Assembly: GCA_046758745.1 (NCBI GenBank) | Contig: JBHIAV010000037.1 | Span: forward strand, 1-29,872 | Length of the DNA stretch: 29,872 nt | DNA from: Gemmatimonadota bacterium | Lineage (GTDB): Bacteria > Gemmatimonadota > Gemmatimonadetes > Palauibacterales > Palauibacteraceae | Direction of reading: 5' to 3' | Shown here: positions 8,936 through 16,236 of the stretch, piece after piece | Position numbering within the stretch: position 1 is the stretch's first letter | How the letters are laid out: every line of letters starts with the position of its first letter | Notes under the pieces: generated by a model | The model's input: the letters and a program-made list of their open reading frames with translations, nothing else | Database searches by the model: none | Told to the model about the DNA's origin: nothing | Position numbers and translations under genes: made by a program

Positions 8936-9931
8936 ATGAAGGTTAAGCACGCCGCCCGTCATCTATCGTTCGGAACCCTGCTGGCAGCGGTCGCATGGGT
9001 TGCGGCGTGCTCCGAGCCGGGGCCGACCTCGCCCGAGTCACCTTCGATTCTCGCCGCCAAGGGCGGGAACGGAGGGGGAGACGGGCCCACCGTGGACGCG
9101 ACCGACCCCACGAGCGCACCTCAGGGAGCGACTCTCCCCGTGGGGGTGTTCGGATCCGGCTTCGATCCCGGGTCCGTGGTGGACTTCCTTCTTGACGGCA
9201 AGAAGACCACGAAGGTCGTGACGAACTCCACCTCGTTCGTCGGTGCCGGTGAGCTGATCGCCGACATCACGATCGCCGCCGACGCGCCCCTCGCCTCGTA
9301 CGACGTCCGGGTCACGACCTCGCGAAAGAAGAAGGGGATCGGCACCGAGCTGTTCAAGATCGTCGGCACGACCTTCGACCTGCCGATCTCTTCGGGAAGT
9401 GACGGGCTGTTCTCCGACGGCGGCGGGCCATTCATCGATGAGTTCGACCCGGACCAGATGGCGCTGAGCGTGGACTGCCCGCGGAGGTTCGTGCTGGTGC
9501 GTCCAGCCGACTGGCCCGTCGTCTCCGGCGACGAGGTCCACTGCAGCGGTCGGGACGGCTTCTCGCGGCTCGACCTCAACGACCTGGGCAGCCGGCCCTG
9601 CGCCGACCCCGGCGGATGTCCGATCGGTACGACGGGTCACGACCCCTCGAGCCATTTCGGCCCGGACCTCAACTACTACTTCCGGGTGAGCACCGGTCCT
9701 GGCAAGGGGAATTTCGCTTCCTACAACGTGGTCTGGACCGATGCCCTGTTCACGATTGACCAGACCGAGAACGGGGATCCCAGCGGCACCGCCTGCCGCT
9801 GGCACGTCTGGGCGAACACGGCCGAGTTCTGGGAGAGGACGGGGGGCACGGACACTATCGTGCAGGTGGACGAGAAACGGGCGATGGCTCTGGACGTCAT
9901 CGTGGAGCGCCAGGACCTGAACTGTCCTTGA
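8936..9931 (+). CDS. Hypothetical lipoprotein with an IPT/TIG-like Ig domain and a six-Cys C-terminal domain
   Basis: GGAGAG SD, lipobox VAAC, KGGNGGG linker and an IPT-like segment (DPTSAPQG..VFGSGF..YDVRV). The C-terminal domain is paralogous to 10331-11104. Confidence 0.85.
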   Translation: MKVKHAARHLSFGTLLAAVAWVAACSEPGPTSPESPSILAAKGGNGGGDGPTVDATDPTSAPQGATLPVGVFGSGFDPGSVVDFLLDGKKTTKVVTNSTSFVGAGELIADITIAADAPLASYDVRVTTSRKKKGIGTELFKIVGTTFDLPISSGSDGLFSDGGGPFIDEFDPDQMALSVDCPRRFVLVRPADWPVVSGDEVHCSGRDGFSRLDLNDLGSRPCADPGGCPIGTTGHDPSSHFGPDLNYYFRVSTGPGKGNFASYNVVWTDALFTIDQTENGDPSGTACRWHVWANTAEFWERTGGTDTIVQVDEKRAMALDVIVERQDLNCP

Positions 9932-9950
9932 TGGGACGCAACGACGGAGC
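9371..9950 (+). repeat. Dispersed direct repeat, copy A (domain duplication)
   Basis: Colinear with 10520-11121. Includes a 54-nt identical block (9784-9837 = 10954-11007) and the shared sequence gcaacgacggagc after the stop codon. Confidence 0.92.
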
Positions 9951-10004
9951 AGCCGGCCGCGAGGGGCCGGCAACATCGTGATGCACGCGTAAGGACACAA
10001 GAAC

Positions 10005-10056
10005 AAGAAAAAGCCGCCGGCTGGCGGATCTTCGTGGGAAACACCAGCCGGCGGCT
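10005..10056 (-). terminator. Intrinsic terminator
   Basis: Perfect 13-bp inverted repeat agccgccggctgg (10012-10024) / ccagccggcggct (10044-10056), followed by a T-tract on the minus strand. Confidence 0.8.
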
Positions 10057-10097
10057 ACCGAGACACGAAACCCGGAAGGGGCTCCGTGCATGGTAGC
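10005..10097 (-). ncRNA. Putative ~90-nt cis-antisense small RNA with SymR-like architecture
   Basis: Has its own promoter (TTGCCG-N17-TACATT). The 5' stem pairs GCUACC with GGUAGC and CACGGAGCCC with GGGUUUCGUG, followed by a 15-bp terminator stem and UUUUCUU. It covers the SD and ATG of the + strand ORF at 10090. Confidence 0.65.
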
Positions 10098-10344
10098 TAA
10101 CAATGTACTAGTTGATTTTTCGGCCGGCAATGGCCCGCCTGCATCACGACGGTCGGTCGGCGCCGGCCTCCCTTCGACGCCCCACATCCCACCGTCTTCC
10201 GCGACTTCAGCACGAGGACCGCTCTCGGGAGCCGGTGGAGCAACTCGGGGCGATGGCCCGGGCCCGGCGCGGCCTTCCGCGCCGCGTCACCGCCGACCCG
10301 ACCGGTCGGCTTACCCGAAGGAGGTGGCTCATGAGTTCGGATAG
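10090..10344 (+). CDS. Possible leader ORF (MVANNVLVDFSAG...) overlapping the start of the next gene
   Basis: GGAAGGGG precedes ATG 10090 and is the target region of the antisense RNA. The low-complexity product has no recognisable domain. Confidence 0.3.
   Translation: MVANNVLVDFSAGNGPPASRRSVGAGLPSTPHIPPSSATSARGPLSGAGGATRGDGPGPARPSAPRHRRPDRSAYPKEVAHEFG
10102..10130 (-). promoter_or_regulatory. sigma70-type promoter for the antisense RNA
   Basis: TTGCCG (10130-10125), a 17-nt spacer and TACATT (10107-10102) in an AT-rich patch. The predicted start coincides with the first base of the RNA stem. Confidence 0.6.
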
Positions 10345-11104
10345 GAGACATCCGTGTGCACGCCGGCCGACGTATCGCGGCCTGTGCGGCTTGCTCACCG
10401 TAGCCGTGGTGGCGTGGGCCTGCGGTTGCACCGACGTTCCCACGGCGACCGACGCGAGCCCGCCGGGCCCCGAACTCGCAAAGAAAGGGAAGAAGCCGCC
10501 CCCGTCGGTCCCTCAGGCCACCTTCGACCTGCCAGCGGAAACGGGAAGTGCCGGCCTGTTCTCCTTCGACGACGGCGGCGGGCCATTCGTCGATGCGTTC
10601 GACCCGGACCAGATGGCGCTGATCGTGGACTGCCCGCGGAGGTTCGTGCTGGTGCGTCCAGCAACCGCATGGCCCGTCGTGTCCGGCGACGAGGTCCACT
10701 GCAGCAGCAAAGGCGGTGGGTTCTCGCGGCTCGACCTCAACGACCTGGGCAGCCGGCCCTGCTCCGACCCCCTCGGATGCCCGATTGGTACGACGGGTCA
10801 CACTAGTGACAGTGGTCCTGGCTTCAGCAAGGACATGAACTACTACTTCACGGTGCGTGTGCCCAAGCCCAAAGGCAAAGGGACCACGACGGGAGCGAGC
10901 TACAACGTGGTCTGGATCGATACCAAGTTCACGATCGACCAGGCCGATTCCAACGGCACCGCCTGCCGCTGGCACGTCTGGGCGAACACGGCCGAGTTCT
11001 GGGAGAGAACGGGGGACATCGACAGTACCCGCAGGGTGGACGGGGATCAGACGATGGCGCTGGACGTCATCGTGGAGCGCCAGGACCTGAACTGTCCTGT
11101 GTAG
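10331..11104 (+). CDS. Hypothetical lipoprotein, paralogue of 8936-9931 lacking the IPT-like domain
   Basis: Strong SD AAGGAGGT before ATG 10331, hydrophobic signal ending WACGC, AKKGKK linker and the same six-Cys domain (DCPRRF, HCS, RPC, GCP, ACRW, LNCP). Confidence 0.85.
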   Translation: MSSDRRHPCARRPTYRGLCGLLTVAVVAWACGCTDVPTATDASPPGPELAKKGKKPPPSVPQATFDLPAETGSAGLFSFDDGGGPFVDAFDPDQMALIVDCPRRFVLVRPATAWPVVSGDEVHCSSKGGGFSRLDLNDLGSRPCSDPLGCPIGTTGHTSDSGPGFSKDMNYYFTVRVPKPKGKGTTTGASYNVVWIDTKFTIDQADSNGTACRWHVWANTAEFWERTGDIDSTRRVDGDQTMALDVIVERQDLNCPV

Positions 11105-11121
11105 GGAGGCAACGACGGAGC
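10520..11121 (+). repeat. Dispersed direct repeat, copy B
   Basis: Colinear with 9371-9950. Confidence 0.92.
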
Positions 11122-11201
11122 CCTAGATCCGCACCAGGGATTCGACGTCTGCACAGGCTGACGTGGGCGCATTGCCCGCCCTGCTCTTGAGGTCGAAAGC
11201 C

Positions 11202-12263
11202 ATGTCCGCATTTCATAGCTGGCCGATTCCCCTCCGCTTTTCCAGCCTTGTGCCTGCTGCGATCACGGCGGTGCTGGTCGCCTGTGGGGGTGAGGGAGTT
11301 CAACCGGCCGGGCCCAGCGGGCCTCCGCCCGGGCCCAGCCCAGGTCCCTCAATCGGCTCGATCTTCGTCAAGAGCTCCACGACCGGCGTGGACCTCGATC
11401 GGGACGGCTACACGGTTACCTTGGACGGAGACCAGAGCCAGAGCATGGGAGTGAACATCACGGTGGTGTTCCCGAGCGTGGCTACCGGCGAGCACAGCCT
11501 GGAGCTCTCTGGCGTAAGGAACAACTGCACGGTGAGCGGCGACAATCCCCGCACGGTCACCCTCCTGGCAGATAGCACCACGCAGACGACCTTCGATGTC
11601 AGCTGCTCTCTTCGCACCGTCGCCGCGGTTTCTGTCAGCCCCGACCCGGCCAGGGTCTTCCCGAACGCCGTAATTCGCTTGACCGCGACTCCGTTTGCCG
11701 CCGATGGCGACACGATTACCGGAGCAACCTTCACCTGGCAGTCGTCAGACCCGGCGATCGTGACGGTGGATGACGCCGGCAATGTGAGAGGCATCGCTCA
11801 GGGAGAGACGACGGTCACGGCCACAAGCGGGGCAAAGAGCGGAACAGCTGCAGTGGGAGTAAACCCCGTTCTTTCCGATAACGTTCGAGTTTCCCGGGAG
11901 CTGAGTGCCGTGCGCCCCCACCAGTTCGACCCGTACATCGTGGCCGATGGACAGGGCCGGCTGTTCGTCGCCTGGAGAGACGCAGATTTTGCTGGTGGCG
12001 CATGGCTCGTCGCTTTCGGTCGCTCGCTCGATGGGGGCAGGAGCTGGTCCGCGAGCACCGTAATGGATTTTGCCGACCCTGGCCCGTCGGATGGAGGAGA
12101 TACGTGGTCGGCGAACGTGCGGGTTACCACGCGGGAAACTTCCGCGGACAATAAAGTGAGCACCAAGCTGGGGCTGGCGGTGGATCAGGCCGGTACGGCA
12201 TACCTGGTTTGGACGGATTATCGGAGCGGAGACGCCGACATTTACTCCGCGCACATTCCATAG
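11202..12263 (+). CDS. Lipoprotein with an Ig-like domain, a Big_2 domain and a partial BNR/Asp-box (sialidase-like) propeller
   Basis: GAGGT SD and lipobox LVAC. Ig-like module TTGVDLDRDGYTV..NCTV..FDVSC, Big_2 motif TWQSSDPAIVTVD.GNVRG and Asp-boxes SLDGGRSW and SDGGDTW. Confidence 0.82.
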   Translation: MSAFHSWPIPLRFSSLVPAAITAVLVACGGEGVQPAGPSGPPPGPSPGPSIGSIFVKSSTTGVDLDRDGYTVTLDGDQSQSMGVNITVVFPSVATGEHSLELSGVRNNCTVSGDNPRTVTLLADSTTQTTFDVSCSLRTVAAVSVSPDPARVFPNAVIRLTATPFAADGDTITGATFTWQSSDPAIVTVDDAGNVRGIAQGETTVTATSGAKSGTAAVGVNPVLSDNVRVSRELSAVRPHQFDPYIVADGQGRLFVAWRDADFAGGAWLVAFGRSLDGGRSWSASTVMDFADPGPSDGGDTWSANVRVTTRETSADNKVSTKLGLAVDQAGTAYLVWTDYRSGDADIYSAHIP

Positions 12264-12365
12264 AACGGCACTCCTCCTGTGGACGGATTGGCGGGCCGGG
12301 GAGCAGCACGCTAGTTTTGCTCACACTCCCCAACGGCCAGGCTCCATGACGGTGGAGGGCGCGCC

Positions 12366-13475
12366 ATGACCAGACTCCTGTCCAGATCAGCGAGCATCCT
12401 CGCCGCAGCATTGCTCGCCGGCCCCATCTGGCTCGGCTGTACAGATCAGACCGGCGAGCCGACCGCGCCCGCCGAGCCGCAGCTGAGCCTCTCCATCCCG
12501 ATCGATCAGGACGTGTTCGCGGCGGCGATCGCCGCTCAGGAGCGCCGAACCGAGCATCTGCTGAGCGTGCCGGGCGTGGTGGGGACCGCCGTAGGGCTCT
12601 CCGGCAGCGGCCGGCCCGCGGTCAAGGTGTACGTGGAGACGGCGGACCTGGCCGGGCTTCCCCGGAAGATCGACGGCGTCCCCGTCGTGGTCGAGGTGAC
12701 CGGGGAGATCTTCGCGCTGCAGGAGGCGAAGAGGTGTGAGAATCCGCCCAACTGCAAGGGTGGAAACGGCGGTGGTGGCGGTGCGGACGACCCGCCCGTG
12801 GACCGGACGGCGAGGTTCGATCGGCCCGTGCCGATCGGAGTGTCGACCGGTCATCCGGATATCACGGCCGGTACGATCGGGGCTCGCGTTATCAAGGGCG
12901 CAAATGTCTATGCCCTGAGCAACAACCACGTCTATGCGAAATCAAACACAGCTTCGATCGGCGATGCGGTGATCCAGCCGGGCACCTTCGATGGCGGAAG
13001 CTCACCGGCCGACGACATCGGTACCCTTTCCGACTTCGAGCCGATCAACTTCTCGGGAGGCAACAACGTGATCGACGCGGCGATCGCGGCCTCGTCACCA
13101 GCCTTGCTCGGCAACGCCACTCCCTCCGATGGCTACGGAACGCCGAGATCGACCACGAAAGTGGCCAGCATCAACCTGCGGGTGATGAAGTACGGTCGGA
13201 CGACCGGACAGACCAAAGGCCGGATCACCGGCATCAATGCCACGGTCAACGTGTTCTACGGCTCGCCCGGTGTCGCGAGATTCGTGAATCAGATCGTCAT
13301 CGGTGGCGGCGGCTTCAGTGCAGGCGGCGATTCGGGGTCCCTCATCGTCGTGCAGAAGGGGGAGGACCAGGGGAAGCCCGTCGGCCTGCTGTTCGCCGGC
13401 AGCTCGAGTGTGACGATCGCGAACCCGATCGACGCGGTCCTGACGCGGTTCGGCGTGACGATCGACGGCTTGTAG
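12366..13475 (+). CDS. Secreted (lipoprotein) trypsin-like serine protease, Nal1-like, with an N-terminal propeptide-like domain
   Basis: GGAGG SD and lipobox WLGC. Catalytic triad motifs LSNNHV, IDAAI and GDSGS, plus GTIGARV, KYGRTTG and VGLLFAG. Confidence 0.9.
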   Translation: MTRLLSRSASILAAALLAGPIWLGCTDQTGEPTAPAEPQLSLSIPIDQDVFAAAIAAQERRTEHLLSVPGVVGTAVGLSGSGRPAVKVYVETADLAGLPRKIDGVPVVVEVTGEIFALQEAKRCENPPNCKGGNGGGGGADDPPVDRTARFDRPVPIGVSTGHPDITAGTIGARVIKGANVYALSNNHVYAKSNTASIGDAVIQPGTFDGGSSPADDIGTLSDFEPINFSGGNNVIDAAIAASSPALLGNATPSDGYGTPRSTTKVASINLRVMKYGRTTGQTKGRITGINATVNVFYGSPGVARFVNQIVIGGGGFSAGGDSGSLIVVQKGEDQGKPVGLLFAGSSSVTIANPIDAVLTRFGVTIDGL

Positions 13476-13487
13476 GCCGAGTTTTCC

Positions 13488-13811
13488 GTGTGGAAGGTGG
13501 GTGCGATCGTACTGTGCATCGCCGCGTGTGCAAAGCCCACGGTGGACCGTGAGCCGGCCGACCGAGAGGACACGGCGGTGACCGAACAGAGCATCGAGGC
13601 GGCGCAGGGACGGCTGACCGAGCGCGTGATGGCGCTTCCCGGTGTGGTGGGCACCGCCATCGGGGAGTGCGCCGGGGCTCCGTGCATCAAGGTCCTGGTA
13701 GCGGAGCTCACGGCGGATCTCGGTGCCGCGATCCCGGCGGAGTTCGAAGGCTACAAGGTGGAGGTCCAGGAGACGGGAGAGATTCGCGCGCTGGACGAGG
13801 AAGCGCGGTAG
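13488..13811 (+). CDS. Small lipoprotein homologous to the propeptide-like domain of the adjacent protease (candidate inhibitor or chaperone)
   Basis: Lipobox IAAC. AAQGRLTERVMALPGVVGTAIG..IKVLV..TGEIRAL aligns with AAQERRTEHLLSVPGVVGTAVG..VKVYV..TGEIFAL in the protease. Confidence 0.85.
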   Translation: MWKVGAIVLCIAACAKPTVDREPADREDTAVTEQSIEAAQGRLTERVMALPGVVGTAIGECAGAPCIKVLVAELTADLGAAIPAEFEGYKVEVQETGEIRALDEEAR

Positions 13812-13885
13812 ACCTTCTCGGATTCCCCGTAGATCTTCCCCAGGCGATGCTTCGCGCGGCCCCGGCGGGGGCAGTCCGGTCCGCC

Positions 13886-13990
13886 TCAGGCAGGCGCGTC
13901 CCCGGGTGGCGGAACCACGGCCGTGGCAGCCCTGGAAGCCCGCATCCGATCAAAGGAGTACGCCCCGGCCCCGCCCAGAATCAGTGACAC
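13886..13990 (-). pseudogene. Possible C-terminal remnant of a DoxX-family membrane protein gene
   Basis: VSLILGGAGAYSFDRMR resembles the DoxX C-terminal GxGxYSLD motif. No upstream TM helices are in frame. Confidence 0.35.
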
Positions 13991-14242
13991 CGGGCCCCTG
14001 GGTCGTATCGGCGCGGGCCGGGGGGCCGCGAGCGCTTCCATCTCAGATGAATGTGGCCGGCCTCGGAGGCAATGGGCAATGTGGGACGTCTCGCCACAGG
14101 GCGCGCACCCGTAGAGGGCACACTTCACGCCCCTCGGCCTGAACTCTTCTGCCAAGGGCCGGGCACGGAATCCGGAGTCGTGGTGGATGTGGCTGGACGA
14201 GGGGTTAGCGAGTGCTGGCAGCTCTCCCGGGGCGAGAGCGGT

Positions 14243-14443
14243 TCACTGGGACTCGAGTCTTCCCATCTCAGCGGCCAGTCGCTCAGCGATCTTGCTGCGC
14301 TTCAGACTGTCCACCATCTCCGCACAGGGATCGCAAAGGCAGTCCTTCACATCCGGATCGGCCGCAACATACGCCTTGGCTGGCATGGAAGTCTTGTTTC
14401 CGCACCAATCGCACCTTCCGCTGCCTGGCAACCGGTATTCCAA
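14243..14443 (-). CDS. Small hypothetical Zn-finger protein (66 aa)
   Basis: AGGAG upstream of TTG 14443. CDWC...CDPC followed by a helical tail. Confidence 0.55.
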   Translation of the reverse strand: MEYRLPGSGRCDWCGNKTSMPAKAYVAADPDVKDCLCDPCAEMVDSLKRSKIAERLAAEMGRLESQ

Positions 14444-14662
14444 CCCGCGCGCTCTCCTGTGCTGTGGTCTTCCACCCGGACCGGCATGCAACGCGTCCCT
14501 GCTCGGCGAGGCAGGGAGGCACAATATGTTGCGGTCGAGCGACGAAAGGATACTAGATATTGTAGCTGTGTGTCAATCGGGCGCTCAAGGCCGGGGGGGC
14601 GATGCGAGAGGCGGAAGACAGCCGGATGAGAGGGCGCTCCCGGAAAGACATCTCGGCTGCGC

Positions 14663-14701
14663 GGAAAAGGGCGGGCACCCGTCGGCGCAGGTGCCCGCCC
14701 T
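14663..14701 (-). terminator. Intrinsic terminator downstream of 14727-15005
   Basis: 12-bp inverted repeat agggcgggcacc / ggtgcccgccct with a T-run on the minus strand. Confidence 0.75.
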
Positions 14702-14726
14702 GGCCTGATCTCGGACTCCTCGGGCC

Positions 14727-15005
14727 TCAGAAGTTCACGAAGTAATCGTTGTCGGCTGCGACGGTACGCAGCACCGAGATTGGGGTAGCCGGGTTGTCCG
14801 AGAGCTTGGCGACCCGAGTCTCCCCGACGGAGGTTATCGAGATCAGAGGCGAGTGGCCTCCCTGCAAAGCCTCCAGCGGGATCCTCACAAGGTCGCCGGC
14901 TCCAATGATCAGGTAGCAGCCGGGCCGGTCGATATCGTTCCAAGCCATCTCGGTAAGACGGTGGACCCGGCGCTCAGCAGTGGGAGTGGCTCCTTTGGCA
15001 GGCAT
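14727..15005 (-). CDS. Hypothetical protein (92 aa)
   Basis: Globular-looking sequence (WNDIDRPGCYL...AADNDYFVNF) with AAGGGGG before ATG 15005 and a terminator after the stop. Confidence 0.75.
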   Translation of the reverse strand: MPAKGATPTAERRVHRLTEMAWNDIDRPGCYLIIGAGDLVRIPLEALQGGHSPLISITSVGETRVAKLSDNPATPISVLRTVAADNDYFVNF

Positions 15006-15153
15006 TGTGGCCCCCTTGCGCTGCATCGAGCACATTGACAGCTACGTCCTTCTCACCCAGCGAGAAGGAGATTTGGAGGAGGCTTACTTCCAATATACGG
15101 CTCGGACCGCGCCCCGCAATCCCGTCCGAGCGTGGCGGAGTGCCCCGTAGCGG

Positions 15154-15363
15154 TCAGCGGGAGCCGGCCTTCCCTCGCGCCGACGCGCGCGGCGTGGGGA
15201 CGGTCTTTTCCCCTTCTTTCTCCACGGCACAGTCCGGGCAGAGCCGACCTGCCTCAATCGGGACCCAACACGAACGGCAATAGGAGCCGCGGGGCGGCGA
15301 GCGCAGGAGCGCCGCCAGGGCGGCCAGCGTTACGAGCGACAGAACAAACCCGGCCAGTTCCAT
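15154..15363 (-). CDS. Small membrane-anchored Zn-ribbon protein (69 aa)
   Basis: GAGGTG SD, an N-terminal hydrophobic helix and CRSC-x9-CPDC. Confidence 0.6.
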   Translation of the reverse strand: MELAGFVLSLVTLAALAALLRSPPRGSYCRSCWVPIEAGRLCPDCAVEKEGEKTVPTPRASARGKAGSR

Positions 15364-15553
15364 TTATGACACCTCGCTGCGAAGCGGCAGCGTTCTTAAT
15401 TGGCTTGGCACCGCTGGATCCGGAATCCCCGCTGCAAACCGGGGGCCGCCCGTCGCCCGACCCGCCATGGGGGCCGTTTCTTCGCACTTTCCTCGCTTTC
15501 GCCCCACGTCGTGGTCAACTTGTCGAAGGTGTGCCCCGGCCCCGAGGGTGAAA

Positions 15554-15715
15554 ATGCTGCGCACACGCAACAGCTTGGAGGAATGGGCCGTCCGCGTTGG
15601 GGCCTGCAGACAGCCGATCATCCATGCGCACGAGAATCGGCACGCCGCCTACCTTGCTATGGCTTTTCGGCGCTTGCTGACAGCTCCCGGAGCGGGACGG
15701 TTCGAGGCCTCATGA
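15554..15715 (+). CDS. Possible small hypothetical ORF (53 aa)
   Basis: GAGGG SD before ATG 15554 and an ATGA overlap with the next gene. No motif recognised. Confidence 0.25.
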   Translation: MLRTRNSLEEWAVRVGACRQPIIHAHENRHAAYLAMAFRRLLTAPGAGRFEAS

Positions 15716-16110
15716 CGCCGCGAGTCGCGCACTTCGCGCTCGCCGTTCGTTGGGCCGCCAGGTTCCTCGGCCTCGGGCCCCTCGCTGTCATCGCCCTGCA
15801 CGTTGTGAGCGGGGGGACCCTCGGTCCGCTCCAGGCCAATGCGCTCGGACCGATCGGGACGTTCTTTCTCCTCACGGCCTGCTTCGGCCTCCTCCTCGGG
15901 TGGCGCTGGGAAGGGCCCGGCGGGTTGATCGCTGTCGGCAGTCTAGCCGCCTTCTACGTCGCCGGAATGGCGACAACCGGCGTTCTTCCGCGAGGGTGGA
16001 CGTTCTCGACCGTGGGGATCGCCGGCTTCCTCTTCATCCTCGCTCGCGTGCTGACGATCGTGATCACACAGGAGAGGGGTGCGCCTGGGAGCGGGACACG
16101 ACGGAAGTGA
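15712..16110 (+). CDS. Hypothetical 4-TM membrane protein
   Basis: Four hydrophobic segments and a GLLLGWRWEGPGG motif. Confidence 0.75.
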   Translation: MTPRVAHFALAVRWAARFLGLGPLAVIALHVVSGGTLGPLQANALGPIGTFFLLTACFGLLLGWRWEGPGGLIAVGSLAAFYVAGMATTGVLPRGWTFSTVGIAGFLFILARVLTIVITQERGAPGSGTRRK

Positions 16111-16170
16111 GCGCCACCACCCCCCCGGCGGGGCGGTCGAGGAAGAGAATGAAAGCCTCTGCCCTCAGAT

Positions 16171-16236
16171 CTACGGCGTGAGCTTGTGCACTCTACGGCG
16201 CGAGCTCGTACACTTTACGGCGTAAGCTTGTAGACG
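16171..16236. repeat. Three degenerate tandem 22-bp repeats copying the 3' end of the 16215-16469 gene
   Basis: ctacggcgtgagcttgtgcact / ctacggcgcgagctcgtacact / ttacggcgtaagcttgtagacg. Confidence 0.85.

Noticed and set aside
10090-10344. SymE toxin
   Set aside because: The ORF lacks the AbrB-fold SymE motifs and is low complexity. Only the RNA architecture is similar.
9371-11121. Diversity-generating retroelement TR/VR pair
   Set aside because: Differences are not adenine-specific and include indels, both copies are coding, and there is no reverse transcriptase in the window.
13808-13840. gtagaYcttc repeated at a 21-bp spacing
   Set aside because: Only ~10 bp in two copies, too weak to call.
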